Source of the DNA: Octopus vulgaris
Taxonomy: Eukaryota
Length of the DNA: 64,000 nt
Assembly (NCBI GenBank): GCA_951406725.2
Contig: OX597816.1
Span: 91,760,001-91,824,000, forward strand
Direction: 5' to 3'
The notes under the pieces were generated by a model. It did no database searches and had not been told where the DNA came from. It saw nothing but the letters and a program-made list of their open reading frames with translations. Both the position numbers and the translations under genes were made by a program. The number at the start of each line of letters is the position of its first letter. Positions within the stretch are counted from its first letter, which is position 1. Below, in pieces: positions 50,307-64,000 of the stretch.

Positions 50307-51749
50307 GCTATTAATAGCTTGAAAAAACTATACAGATGTGAGTATAAATATTAAGCAGAAAAATAGAAGTCCTTAGTAATTTCTTATAGATTGTAGATAT
50401 TCAGAGAATTTGTATTCTAACATCAAAGATAAGGAGGCATCAAGTTCTAAAAATCTAATATCTCATCCAAACATGAATGTTTAATATGTCAGTTATCAAA
50501 CTTTCTTACTTCACTAACCTAATGTAGGGTCCATTATCAACACCTCCTAGCCTGTGTAACATACATTAGGAACAACTATAGCAAAAGTAGTGATAATAAT
50601 AAGGGTACTAATAGTGATACTCTTATTATGATGATGATAATACTGCGAAAAGACAAAATGGAATAGGCAGGACAAGAGGAGACACATGGGACAGAAAGTT
50701 GCTGAAGAAGTCAAATATGTGACAAAAGAACTCTGACAAATTAGCTAATAATAATAATGCTAAAATGAAGGCCAAATAAATAGTGCATGTCATTGATTGG
50801 CCAGAGATGACCATCCCCAAATATATCTATGGGCCTTTTGCACTAATAAGATTAGCATGAACATTGATAGTAAGTACAATGACTCTTATTTGCAAAGTAA
50901 ATAATTTGGATAGTGATATGGGAATCGGTGGTTGTAATACTTGTGCTGAGTACATGTGCATCTCTTGTGGCAAAAGCAACCAACAATATAACCCCATTAA
51001 ATTAGGTACCAAATTGAAGAGTAGAAATTACTGTAATATGTATTAAGGAAACCACCTCACCACCTTGAAACTAATAAGTTGTAACTGTTTTAGCTATATT
51101 AATTATATCAATGACAAGATTTATATTAACATGCCTATTCTTTTAGATTGTGTCAATAATCATATTCACATTAGTAATAAGGGTAGTTTTGGTAGTCATG
51201 AGTAGCAGCATTTTGGGTGCTAATATTTGTTCACACTATATAAATACTATTTTAACTATCAATACAAATAATAACAATAATAGAACTGCAATTATTAAAA
51301 AGAAATGCAGCTGTAGAGTACTCAATGAATGCTCTTTGAATGATCTTTGATTGCGGTATGACCATCTATGACAGAATTCAATTTCCTTTCACTTTCTTTC
51401 TCCTGATCCATAGCTTATGTTCTCCCTTATACTCGCTTTCTTGTACCTAATGAGTTAGCAATGGCATCCCATTTTCACCATCTTTTATCTCCTGTCCAGC
51501 TACTCTCACCTGCCCTTGAATGTTTCGGAGAAGTCATGCATCTTTTCTACATCGAGACTTATTCCTTTATCATACTTAAGCCTTCAATACCTTGTATAAA
51601 GACATCTCTTCCTCTCTTAAATACACTCTCATGTCCATGCAAGGGCTTTTTCTTTTTCCTTTCTTTACTTTGTCTTGTAAGTTGGTGACCTCACTAGTGC
51701 TGGTGTTACAAAAAAAAGCCCACCTAGTAAACACTCTAAAATGGATTTA

Positions 51750-51809
<60 letters not shown>

Positions 51810-52081
51810 TGCATATACATACGCATGTGTATATATAAATTCTCTCTCTCTATATATATATAACCGGATAATAAATATGATACTAGTATCTTCATTCTTT
51901 TTATTTGTTTTGTTATACATGATGATTAATGGAAATTCCCAGATTTTCAGTGTGTAGAATACTTGTAATTTATTGAATTCGTTTTTTTTTTTTTTTATGT
52001 ACATCCTGTTAGCTTGGATTTCACTGAGGTAATTGCCGGAATTGCACAAATCTCCCATTATGTATTATATGTAGATATATA

Positions 52082-52330
52082 GGCACAGGAGTGGCTCGTA
52101 GGCGCAGGAGTGGCTGTGTGGTAAGAAGCTTGCCTCCCAACCACATGGTTCCAGGTTCAGTCCCACAGCATGACACCTTGGGCAAGTGTCTTCTGTAGCC
52201 TTGGGTGAACCAAAGCCTTGTGAGTAGATTTGGTAGACGGAAACTGAAAGAAGCCTGTTGTATGAATATATATGTATATATATGTTTTTCACTGTTTGAT
52301 TTGCCTAATAGTGGTTTTATCTCTAATTTA

Positions 52331-52374
<44 letters not shown>

Positions 52375-52580
52375 GTCTGTGTTTGTCCCTTCGCCATCGC
52401 TTCACAATTCATGTTGGTGTGTTTATGTCCCCCATCACTTAGCGGTTCAGCAAAAGGAGACCAATAGAATAAGTACTAGGCTTACAATGAATAAGTCCTG
52501 GAGTTGATTTATTCGAATAAAAGGTGGTGCTCCAGCATGGCTGCAGTCAAAATGTCTTAAACAAGTAAACAAATAAAAGA
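52082..52580 (+). mobile_element. SINE family B, full length
   Basis: ggcgcaggagtggctgtgtggtaagaagc head (first ~18 nt duplicated), CORE-like motif and internal (TA)n. Confidence 0.85.
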
Positions 52581-52872
52581 ATATAAATAAATAATCATTT
52601 TTTTTACTGGTTTGAGCTGTGACAATGCAGAGGCATAACCATGAGTGTGATTACTAATGTATTTTAAACCCACTTCCCAGCCCCCTGCTTGGATTTGGTT
52701 TTGGATAAAGCTTTCGGTTTTAGCCTTTCTTGTTGTTATGTGTGTTCATCTGGTATCTCAGATAATGTCTAAATCTTCTTTGAATGTTTTGTAATTTTTT
52801 TTTTAGTAAGATATTGAAACGCTTTGGGCCCTTGAACTCCAAGCTGCTACATATTGGGTCCTTGCTCTAGAT

Positions 52873-53056
52873 AAGGGTTTCCCAACCAGGTGTGTGAGCA
52901 TTTCGGGAAGTGCGAGCAGGGCTGGATTTATAGGGAGTCAAAGAGGGCAATTGCCCCAGGCACCTTTATGCTCATATAAATTATTAGTTTAAGGTGTGCA
53001 AGAACATATTAAAAGTTTTTAGGGGTGTGGGGCATAACAAAGGTTGGGAACCACTG
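52873..53056. mobile_element. hAT/Charlie-type MITE
   Basis: TIRs aagggtttcccaacc / ggttgggaaccactg with imperfect 8-bp TSD ctctagat / ctttaaat. Confidence 0.65.
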
Positions 53057-53346
53057 CTTTAAATGGAGAGGGTGAAATCTTTGGTACTATAATGTGGGAT
53101 CTGGTTTCACTCCTAAAATTAGGTGCTAGACACTCCACTATCTTCAGTGTACATATCACTGCATATTTTCCATGGTTTCTCACTAATGGGTAGAGCCTCA
53201 GCTCCTAATAGTTTATCTTGCACTGAGGCAAACTTTTTGAGTAGTGGCATAGGATTGCCTTGAACTCTGCTGGGAGTTTGAAGCTTTTTGGCAACTGTAA
53301 TTCGAAACAGTAGTCTTGGCAACTACGAATGAATTTACTTCATATG

Positions 53347-53382
<36 letters not shown>

Positions 53383-53404
53383 TCACACACAAATGTATAA
53401 ACTG

Positions 53405-53435
<31 letters not shown>

Positions 53436-53684
53436 GATTGTTTTAATAAAGCAGCATCAAATGCGTGTCTGCAAGGCAAGACTAATAGATCATGATGCAT
53501 CAGTTAGAAGCTCCTTCCTAAACTGGATATTGGAAAGATCAAGATTGATATTATCAAAAAAGACTTCAAATAGAAGATGGATGAGGCTATCAGACAAAAG
53601 GATCTAATAGCAGAAAACAACCTTATGATGATATGGCCTGGCATAAAAGATATACTACGTAAAACAAGTGTGAAAAACAACACA

Positions 53685-54370
53685 CGGGCATGGCTGTGTG
53701 ATAAGAAGCTTGCTTCCCAACCACATGGTTCTGGCAAGTGTCTTCTATAGCCTTAGGCCTACCAAGGCCTTGTGAGTGGATTTTGTTGGCAGAAACTGAA
53801 AGATGCCTGTTGTATATATTCTGTTATCTTTTTCTTTTGTTTCAGTCATTTGACTGCAGCCATGCTGGAGCACCACCTTTAGTCGAACAAATCAACCCTA
53901 GGACTTATTCTTTGTAAGCTTAGTACTTATTCTATCGTTCTCTTTTGCCGAACTGCTAAGTTACAGGGACATAAGCACACCAACATCGGTTGTCAAGCGA
54001 TGGTGGGGGACAAACACAAGACACTCAAATACATATATATATGCACAAATACATACATACATATTTAGACAGAGGCTATAGTAGAAGACACTTGCCCAAG
54101 GTGCCACCCGGAACCATGTGGTTGGGAAGCAAGCTTCTTACCACACAGCCACTTATGCATATGTATATGTCAGTGTTTATCCCCATCCTCACTGCTTTAC
54201 AAATGGTGTTGGTATGTTTACATCCCTGTAACTTAGTGGTTTGGAAAAAAAAGACTGATAGAATAAGTACTCGGCTTTAAAAATAAGTCCTGGGGTTGAT
54301 TTATTCGACTAATACACTTCACGGTGGTGCCCCAGCATGGCCACAGTCAAATGACTAAAACAAGTAAAAG
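53685..54370. mobile_element. Nested family B SINEs in opposite orientation
   Basis: Plus copy split into 53685-53815 and 54165-54370 by a minus copy at about 53830-54150. Confidence 0.8.
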
Positions 54371-54374
54371 ATAT

Positions 54375-56480
54375 CTTAGGCAAGTATACCAGCAAACACC
54401 AAAATTGGTTTTGATGAAAATAATGGAAATGATGGTTGGATCTGCACATTGAGACAGGCAAGAAACTAAGTGCATCTAGATCTCCTAAACTCCAGAATTA
54501 CTCTTTCAAAAATGGAAGCTCACAAGGATACCTGTGCAGCTCTGCAAAAGACCACAGGAGAGATGAAGTCAAACTGGTAAGAGCAAAAGTCAGTAGAACT
54601 GCAAACTGACATAGATTTAAAGAACTTAAAAGGTCATCAGGGATTGAAGAAAGTATGGAGTCCTAAAACCAATAGACTAACACAATCTTAGATCAGCTGA
54701 TAGAAAACAACTTGACTGAAAGCTTAAAAATTATCCCTCGTTGAACTGAGCACTTTAGCATGCTGCACAAGAGCCCTTCAGTCGTTTTCCAAATTGTACT
54801 CCAGAGGTTCTGGAAAATCCCAACTGCTAATTGAATGGATGAAGAACCTGGTTACTCAGAATTTCACAGGTCCTAAATTCCTTAAAAAATGGTAGAATAC
54901 CTGGAGTTGATAAATTATCTGGTGAGCTTTTTAAATATGCTGAAGAAAGACCAAATCATCTCTGGAAATTAATGACTAAAGTATGGTGAAAAATGAGATC
55001 CCACTGGAAGGATGCTAAAATTTAAGAAAGGAGATAGGACTGATTGTAGGAACTATTGAGCAATTTCTCTATTTTCAGCTACAGGAATGGTGTTTGCCAG
55101 AATACTCTTGAACAGACTTAACAGCTACATATCCTTGGAAATCCTCCCTGAAGCAATATAGATACAGAGATGGGTGAGATACTATTAGCATGATCTACAG
55201 ACTTTGCCAAATTGAAGCAAAATGCAGGAACAGAATTTATCAACGTTTGTTATCTTCGTTGATTCTAAGAAAACATTTGATTCAATGAACAGAAAAAGAT
55301 TATTACAGGCTTTAAATCACTGTGGGTGTCTTGAGAAGTTCATTGAGCTTGTGAACAGTTTTCATCAAAATATTATTGCTAGTACCAGCATGAGCAGTGA
55401 ACTCTGGTCCATTTGAAGTTATAAATGGCATTATGCAGGGTTGTATATTGGCCCCTGCTCCCTTCAGTATATTTCCCTTTGCAGTTAGTGAGATGCATTT
55501 TATTATATAGAGAAGGCTGTAACAGTATTAACAAGACATTGTACTAACCTATTTGATTTGTCCAAACTGAAACCAAAGTCAAACACAAAACACTATCATT
55601 CTTCAACTGATCTTTGTGGATGACACTGTCATTGTAGCACACACACATGCAGACATGGAAGAAATTATTTCTGCATTTGTTGAGTCTGAGTGTGATTGTG
55701 GCCTACAAATAAATTTGAAAAAGATTGAGGTACTTTTCCAGCTATCACCACTGTCAAATATGAGAGCTGACAATAATGCAATGAATGGAAGCATAGTAAT
55801 TACCATCATTTGTTTTACTTGTTTTGGCAGCATTGTGCTGGGTGGTAAACCTGCCCAGTGCTGGTGCCACGTAAAAAGCATCCAGTTCACACTGTAAAGT
55901 GGTTAATATTTGGCAGGGCATGTAAAACTATCCTCACCTGTGCTAGTGCCACGTAAAAAGCACTGAGTCCACTCTGCTGAGTAGTTGGTGTTAGGAAGGG
56001 CACCCAGCTGTAAAAATCCTGCCAAAAGAGACAGAGTAGTATAGGGTAGTTTTTCTATCTGGTCAGCTCCTGTGAACCGCCCTACCCATGCATGCATGAA
56101 AAATGATGATGATGATGAATGAAAACCAAAATTGTGTTGTTAAAGCTTCATCTGTGTTTGGATGCCTTACGGAGTGAGTATGGAAAAACCTTACCACCTG
56201 AAGCATAAAGACTTTATAAAACACAAGTCAAGAGGATTAGTGCCTTTGTCATCTGACATCTATCATGAACATCAAATAGTTGCAACATATCTCAAACTCT
56301 GAAATCTTCAAGAAGGCTGGCTTACTATGCATAACATCACATATCGGTGCAGAGATATTTCTGTTGGACTCCCAAAGAAAGTCTTGTTCTCACAATTACA
56401 GATGGCTATCAACCCGTATTGGGATTCAAGGACACTGTCAAGCAGAACCTAAAAGATAACTACATCCCCACTGACATGTA
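54375..56480 (+). mobile_element. Old RTE (BovB-like) LINE remnant, interrupted by a younger RTE tail at 55845-56117
   Basis: QEQNLSTFVIFVDSKKTFDSMNR, MQGCILAP and IFVDDTVIVAHTHADMEEII RT motifs with many stops. Confidence 0.85.
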
Positions 56481-56585
56481 GTACTCACACACACACATAT
56501 GTAGTCAATTCAAATAAAAGGAATAATGGACAACAAGACAACGTGCACAAGGAATGTTTTAGCTTGATGTTCAGTGAAAAGAGAA

Positions 56586-56617
56586 TTTGACGTTTTGTGC
56601 ATAGCTCTTCATCGAAA
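56586..56617 (-). ncRNA. Degenerate minimal hammerhead
   Basis: Minus strand ttt cGATGA agagc tat gcac AAAAC GTC aaa. Both core boxes are damaged. Confidence 0.4.
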
Positions 56618-56687
56618 AGGAGAAAGGGAAAAGTCCAAAGAAAGAAAAGAAATCACTAACAGCATTTGTGTAGTTACAGTGTATGTA

Positions 56688-56741
<54 letters not shown>

Positions 56742-56770
56742 TGTAAATGTGGATGTGTGTGTGTATATAT

Positions 56771-56804
<34 letters not shown>

Positions 56805-57859
56805 CAGTGGAAGCAGTATTAGATTAAAATAACCATCTATGTATCATAGTTAATATTGATACATTGTTGAGGGAAGTTACTACTGTATTTGTCCAGAGGT
56901 AACATCTTTTATGGATGCACTGTCTTTAAAATTGCGGTATATATATATATTAGGAGGAGGTAAAAAAATCATCCTTATAGCCAGCCACATACCTGCATGC
57001 GATTTGTCATCTCTCTCTCTCCATATATATATGTATATATATAGGAAACTGAATAAAACATGCACTGATATTGTGAATAGCTGTCTGGCTGAATAAAGAT
57101 CTCTTATCTGCAGTAGAAGCAGCATTCGATTATGATAGCATCTATGTATCATGCTTAATATAAATACATTGTTGAAAGGCAAGCTAGTGCAGCATTCATA
57201 GAGATGTAATATCTCTTCTGGATATGCTGTATTTAAAAACACAATATATATCAGATGGAGACAAAAATCACATGAGATTACCTATTGAAGCTTTAAACAA
57301 CTCAGCAGTTTTACTGACTGGAACTCCACGATTCGACAATATGTCCTCATTGGAAATCAGAAAGGTCATACATTTTAAATTATTTAAATATGCATATCTG
57401 CAAAAAAATGAAACACAATGTACATGAACACACAGACTCAAGAAAACACATGTATAGAACAATTTTGACTTGGTTATAATACCAAGAGAAAAAAAAAGCC
57501 TGTGTACACACAGACACACATGCACACACACAAATATATATAGGTGTACACACATGACCATCATCATAATTTTTATGTCTGTTCTTCATATTGGCCTAAG
57601 TTGGATGGGTAACCAGAATCCAACAAGAAGGAAAACCATGTTTTATGTCAGTACCTTAGCTTTAGCATGGTGTCTGTAGCTGGATATGTTTTTTTAATGC
57701 CAACCTTTTTACATGGTTTATTGGGTCCTTTTTCCCATGGCATCAACCCTTATGAGGTGGCTTTATAACTCACAAGACAAAAGAGATGTTATGACTGAGA
57801 AGGAGACATGTTGAAAGATTAATATATGATGGTAGGAGTAGGAACAGGCTTTGGTGTTA

Positions 57860-58273
57860 CGTAACTGGCACTCATGCTGGTGACATGTAAGAAACATCTT
57901 TTGAGTATGGGGCCTCATGGAGGCAATGTGGCTGAAGCCAGTGTCATGTAAAAAGCACCTTTCAAGAGTTGGGTCTCACGGAGGCAATGATAAATGACTG
58001 AGATCTTTGGCATTATACTATGCTTGAGAAGAAGACCCATCAAGCCAAGCAAAATTGTAGTCATTGCAGATACTGGTATCATGCAAATGACACGTAAAAG
58101 CACCCATTACACTCTTGTAGTGGTTGGTATTAGGAGGGACATCCAACTGTAGTAACCATACCAAATCAGACTGGAGTCTGGTGCAGCCCCTCAGCTTGCC
58201 AGCCCTGGTCAAACTGTCTGATTCATGCCTGCATGGACAACAGATGTGAAATGATGATGATGATGATGATGAT
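57860..58273 (+). mobile_element. RTE LINE 3' end
   Basis: Same 3' UTR and (GAT)n tail. Confidence 0.85.
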
Positions 58274-58979
58274 TACTATATTTTTACATGCGTGAATTGG
58301 GTGCCTGAATTTGTGCCATAAAGAAAAGTAAATGTGGTGGTGATGAGGTACAAGAATATATCCTAAGTGACATGTCCAAGAAAGTGATTAGAAGATAGCA
58401 TGAAGACAAGAAAATCAGTTGGGGTGGGTAAGGTTACCATTGTTTGAAATGAAAGTGGGCAATGGACATAAGTATGGGAGGGATGTGATGAAATGTATAT
58501 GAGAGGTGACTATAGTGAATAGTGATCAGGATTTGGGTGTGATTGCTGGTAAATATGAGTGGGAGATAAGACATTGAAAAAGCAGCTCATGGGAGAGGGA
58601 GTGGTGACTGGCAGTAGAGAAATGGTGATAAATGGTTTGTAGTTACAGGTTCTATTTTCATTACTTACAATAGCAGAAGGGAGAGTGAGGGAGGGATTGA
58701 AAATGGGGAGAAAAGGAATGGGGTTAAAGGTTGCAAGAATAAGAGGTGAAGTGAGAGATGAACAAAACAGGTGGGTGGCTGATAGTAAAAGTGATGGTAA
58801 ATAAGGGTTGGGGTAATAGTGGGCTCAGGGTAGGGACCCAGTTGTCTAAGTGGGAGGAAGGGGAAGAGAAGAAATAGCAGTTGTAGACTTCACAAGGACA
58901 CTGGTTGAAGGGCCCTGTTGTGTATCATACACATACTTTTTGAACTTACCATGGGGTATGGGGTTTCTTGTCACACTGT

Positions 58980-59870
58980 GTATTGCCAATCACCTCAGTC
59001 CTTTTGTAATCTCTCTGACTTGACATCTTGAGATTAGCCTTCACCATCTCATCCAAAGTCTTCCTAGGTCTCTCTCTTTTTCAGTTTCTGTCTACTATAA
59101 GTGATTGTCACTTTATTATACAACTATCCTCTTCTATATGCATTACTGGCTTTCTTGCATATTACATCTAATTCTTCGTATGCCCAATTTGTGTCTCACT
59201 AGTTTGTAATATACTTCATCATTCATGTACATTGACATTGCATGTCCAGCAGAGTATATTTGTTTCATTTCTTTCTAGTCTGTGTAGGCCCTTTGCTTTC
59301 AAGGTCCACGTCTGATAGTATTGCAGTTTGTACACAGGCATATAATCTGCCTTTCATTCTCAGAGAGAAACTTTTTGTTACTAACAGAGGTAGTAACTCT
59401 GAACTTACTAATCTGTTCTTATTCTGTCTTCTTTTCTTTTAGAACATCCTCAACCACAGCTAATTAGGTCAGTTAGGAAACAGGAACTATTTACTATCTT
59501 TGGGTACCATCCTGAGGAATTGAGAGGATCTATGCACTTTCAATGTTTATTATTCCTGTGCATCTGCCACTTACAAAATTTACATTTTCTGTCAACCTGC
59601 CCATGATTCAACTGTTACTCTTTGTGTGTCCATGGTTTGTGTTGGATACACCGTATGTAATTTCTATCTACTCTTTTTATAGATATTGAGCAAGTTCATT
59701 TTCATGATGGTAGCAGAGACTTGTCTGTTTTCCTCCTTACTAATGCTTCAGTCTTTGCCAAGTTAATTTTGTGACTCTTTGATTCCCAGTTTTCCTTCCA
59801 TGCCTGAAATTTCTTATCCTACTATAAATTTGGATAGAACAAGTTTGTCAGTATAGAGCAGTTTCATTCT
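58980..59870 (-). mobile_element. Old RTE LINE remnant
   Basis: Nucleotide homology to 17150-17770 and 24000-24880. Confidence 0.75.
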
Positions 59871-61133
59871 AGCATTTCCATGCCTGTTTATTTTCAGAAA
59901 CACTAAATGCAAATGTATTATTATCTATCTGTACATACTTCTCACCTGTAATGTCACAATTCTTTCAGGTGCATTGCCATGCAGTCCAAAGCAGTTCACT
60001 CCTTTGGTTTTCATGTTGTGGAACATTGACAAACCTCCTATGTTCTGCTTTCACCTTTGCTATGTAAACCTACTATTTGGTTTCCCTGTATAATTCTCAG
60101 CAGTCTTCATTTTCCCATTATGTAAACCACTAATCACCAAACCATTGGGGCCAACAACTTATGAGAAGTGAAAGGAGGTCCATCTAAGCACTACGAAGTC
60201 TTAAAAAACAAATCTAAGTTAATGTCCACTTTTCAGACAGAATACATTGAGGCAGGTTGTCAACCCTCATTTGTTTCCAAGTAAGATATTTCACCTTGGC
60301 CAGACATAAATTCACAAGGGATTAGAAATGCAATGGCATCCCTTGTATGACAGTGATGCTCATTTGCAACTATTACACAGTGTCAATTCAAGGATACATT
60401 AACAGAAAAAGACACTGTAGGATATGATTTGACAAAGTTTTGTCTGCTATTTCTAGTAGTTACCTGGTAACTTTGCTTGGTATATCCAGCTATTTTGAAC
60501 CACATTTATTTGGACTGCTTTTCTAACATTTTTAACCCTTTAGGTAATGCTTATTTATTCACACTATTTTGAATTGATAATGCATTATCTATTAGCTTTG
60601 AAATTTTTATGTGATTGTTTAATTTTAGAATGACATTGTTAGGGTAGGTGTTAGAGGCTGGATCTGGTTAGTTTTAACATAAAACAGGTAGAATATCTGC
60701 ACTGCAAACAAGGCTGGTTTAAATGTTAGCAGTTTAAGGAAATCCTCTTCATGCATTGCAATATGTAAATTAACATTTCCTTAACGTAGAACGTCAAACA
60801 GAATGTCTTGCAGCATTTAGTTGTCACTTTATATTATGAGTTCAAATCTTTTAGTTGACTTTACCTTATATCCTCTTAGGTTGGTATAGGGTTGATAAAA
60901 TTTTGTGTCTATGTTAGTAATCTATACTGAAACATAACAGTATTCCAGTTGAAGCTTCTGAATTGACTTCAGTTTCCTATATTCTCATTCTTGATTTAGT
61001 TCTCCAGTCATTAAGCAGAGATGTTCATAGATATTTCAGATGGTATAGAATAGTGGTATCACTATTGTGCATAAGTTGATTTATTCATTTAGATTAAGCC
61101 TTGTTGTTTATCCTGTGTCTCCTGCTTGTTTAA

Positions 61134-61352
61134 CCCTTTAGCATTCAGATTATTCTATCAAACATATTGGTTATTGATTCACATTGATTTGAATTAATCA
61201 TGCATTATCCCATATATTCATGATCTTGATGGTGTAATTACTTAATGTAGAATAACATTGTAGGGTAGGTGTGAGAGCCTGGATCTGGTCAGTTTGAACA
61301 TAAAACAAATTAAATATTTTGGCCGGATATGGCCGGTTTAAATACTAAAGGG
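61134..61352. mobile_element. piggyBac-type MITE
   Basis: TTAA|ccctttagcatt...aatactaaaggg|TTAA. A decayed second copy lies at about 60532-60737. Confidence 0.8.
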
Positions 61353-62384
61353 TTAATGCTATGGGATCTGGCAGATATCCTTTACTTATTAAGGAAAGTA
61401 TATAAAGCTTTTAGGTTCAGCCACGCCACAATACATAAGAACTGTCTTGGTGTTAATTCATTCTGATTATCATCTGTAATTGAAGATGGATCAAAGTCAA
61501 ATGGTGTTTATAGATATTCACAGTTCATTGTTAATCCTTTCTTGGCTACTGAGAACAGTGGAGCTGGTGTTCAATTCCAAGTTACTATAACATTAGTTAG
61601 ACAAGTGATGAATTTCCTTCAGGACAAGATATTGCACAATCACAGATTACTTTTCATACAGGAGAAATTGAACTCTGCAACAAGGCTGTTGTTACAGCAT
61701 TAAACTCTAACTAATGTGGTTGTTCAACCTGATAGAAATTGCAGCCCTCAAAAGACACTCTTTCATTTTAAATGAAGAAAAACTGGGTTATGTTTGATAT
61801 TAAAAAAAATGACGAGAGAGCTATGGTTGGAATGCCTTTGATCACATGGCACATGTGCCAGAGCTGACCTAGGTCTAAACATCACTTAAAGCAAACACCC
61901 ACAATCATTACTTAGAGCTGTATGGACCTCAATCAGGATTTCTAACCATATGTTTTCAGTTGTTTAATCAACTGTACTTCCATCCTCATTGAATTAGCAT
62001 GTAAGTGATTGAGAGTTTTCAGATGTCTAGAAATTAGTGTGATAAAGTGTAGCAGGGCTAGATCCTTTGAATTAAGATACAATCCATCTGATGAGCTTTC
62101 ACTCAAATTCTGTCTACTTGCTTTCACTCACAAGTCATGGTTTGACCCAAGGCTATAATACACAATGGAATTGAACCCTGGACCTTATGTTTGAGAAGTG
62201 AACTTTTTAACCTTTTGGCTGTACTATGTCTACTATTGCAGTGTTAGTGTCAGGATATTAACTGCCACCTCTAACCTGATTGTCTTGGTACTTATATGGC
62301 TATCCCCACTTTCGGAAAGGATATTTCTTGACTTCCTATGAAAATAATCCAACTCTTTTCTTTAGAATAATAGTCTTTTGAAAT

Positions 62385-62966
62385 GGAGCTGGGTTTTTTT
62401 GTCAGGAATGATGAAAGAATGATGTGAATTCTCAATGTTGTTCTAAGAATGAAGATGATGAAGTGAGGATTAAGTTTATTCATAACAATCTGCAGTATAA
62501 GACTGGATTATTTTATCTTTATCTTCTTTCTTGCCATTTTGCAAAGCTACATACTTGGACATGTAATCTTATAAATTTGAAAATTGCAAATATTTTTGGG
62601 TTGCTTTTTTAAAATTTGTTATATTATCTTCTTTATATATTCATTCATTTGTATGTCAAGGCTTTCTTTGTAAAGAACTTCTTCACTGTAAAAGTTTTTC
62701 ATCATGCTGTTTGTTTAGTTTATTTCATAGTCAGTTTATCCTACCTAGACTATTGTTGTTATATCTTCCTATGAGGTTTGGTAACATTAAGTAGTGGTTA
62801 GCTAATGTAGGAGTTATATCTATCATACCAATCTTTGGATGGATCTGTCTAGTTTCTCCTCTTATTTATATTGCAGATTGTTATGAATAAACTCAATCCT
62901 CACTTCATCATCTTCATTTTTAGAACAACATTGAGAATTCACATCATTCCTGACAAAAAACTCCAG
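62385..62966. repeat. Inverted duplication of about 110 bp of unique sequence
   Basis: 62385-62502 matches the reverse complement of 62861-62966. Confidence 0.9.
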
Positions 62967-64000
62967 ATAACTTTTACATGCAGCAGTTCTGCTTCTGGTG
63001 AAAATATTAAAAGCAGTTTGTGACCATAGATATATTAGCAAACAGGGTTCTATTTTGTGTGAGTACCTAATTGTAACTATGATTCTAAACCAGATCAAGG
63101 CAAAATATAGAGCTTTACTTGCAAAATCAAAAGGTCCTGATCAAGGAAAGGAACTACAAGACCATTTGTGATCTGTTTTCTCAAATTGTATTCTCTCTCA
63201 TTCACAACATTACCTTAACTGCCTATCAATAGGATGATGTCTAATCACATCATGTGGTGTCATGAGTTGGGATGTGAATTGGATTTAAGTGAGGGAGAGT
63301 TGCCTAAAACCAGCTTCACTTTTCATTCAGGCTTGCCTTGATCCTGTGGCAAGATGATGTCAAGATAGTTGGAGGCATATTTAGATGAGGTGGATGACCA
63401 AGACTTCGAGAGTGTCTTGTCCTTTTAGCATTCTACAGTGCTTGTTAAAATCATCTGTTTGACTGTTGGACTCATTGTTGCTTTTGCCTTCTTAGTCTGC
63501 TGGAATTAGTTTTCATATTCAAGAGTAAACACATTCTATCTCACCAAGGGTTTGAGACCTGAATGACTACTCTCATATAGTTTTGTCAAAGCAATTTACT
63601 GGGATGAAGCTGTTCCTCGTGCTGCAGTTCCTTTGAGTCACAGGTGAGAACCTGATGCCTCTCAGAGATCAAAGTAAGTAGCTTATTCATAAAGGAACTA
63701 GCCATCTCTTCCAACAGAGATGCTGTCTTTCTCTGAAAACACTACATCTCCACAATATTTAGTATATTTACAATAACTGCCTAAAGTATGTCCTATATTA
63801 GATTATAAGTATATTTATCTCTAGTTTCACATTTACATGCTTATGTTATCTATTTCATTCATGTATGTCTATAAGCTTGAATACATATGGGCAAGTATAT
63901 ATATTTATATATGCTTTAAGAAACTTATATTGATACAATATTGTGTATAGTTTTTGCAGAAGTGAAGATATAACTGGCTGCTTCAAGTATACTCCATATG

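Noticed and set aside
52099-52175. tRNA gene
   Set aside because: It has A/B-box-like motifs but is the head of a multi-copy SINE with no complete cloverleaf.
63581-63673. Exon ending at GTAAGT 63674
   Set aside because: All three frames hit stops before this donor, and the upstream sequence looks like an old LINE relic. A shorter or non-coding exon cannot be excluded.

Overview
AT-rich, repeat-dense animal DNA, most likely from an octopus (coleoid cephalopod), judged from its SINE and LINE families and its (TA)n/(CA)n/(CAT)n microsatellites. No complete host gene is recognisable, and almost all ORFs in the supplied track are microsatellite or transposon artefacts. The window holds a decayed Penelope-like element (RT plus GIY-YIG, about 40993-42690), many RTE LINE remnants and 3' tails, three R4/Dong-type RLE LINE fragments, two mariner transposase relics, mariner/hAT/piggyBac-type MITEs, three non-autonomous Helitrons and three tRNA-derived SINE families. 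A CpG-retaining promoter-like zone (about 28.4-34.4 kb) carries candidate first and short exons. The most interesting signal is a set of small non-coding fold-back elements. Two carry a type I hammerhead ribozyme (38646-39039 and 26033-26600). A third (about 46690-47090) carries, in the loop of a ~110-bp hairpin, a 39/40-nt antisense match to the 28S rRNA H70-H71 segment starting at the R2 target site. Several more intact or decayed minimal hammerheads are scattered through the window. I infer a family of retrozyme-like structured RNAs mobilised by Penelope-like elements. Coordinates were read by eye and may be off by a few bases, and repeat boundaries are approximate.
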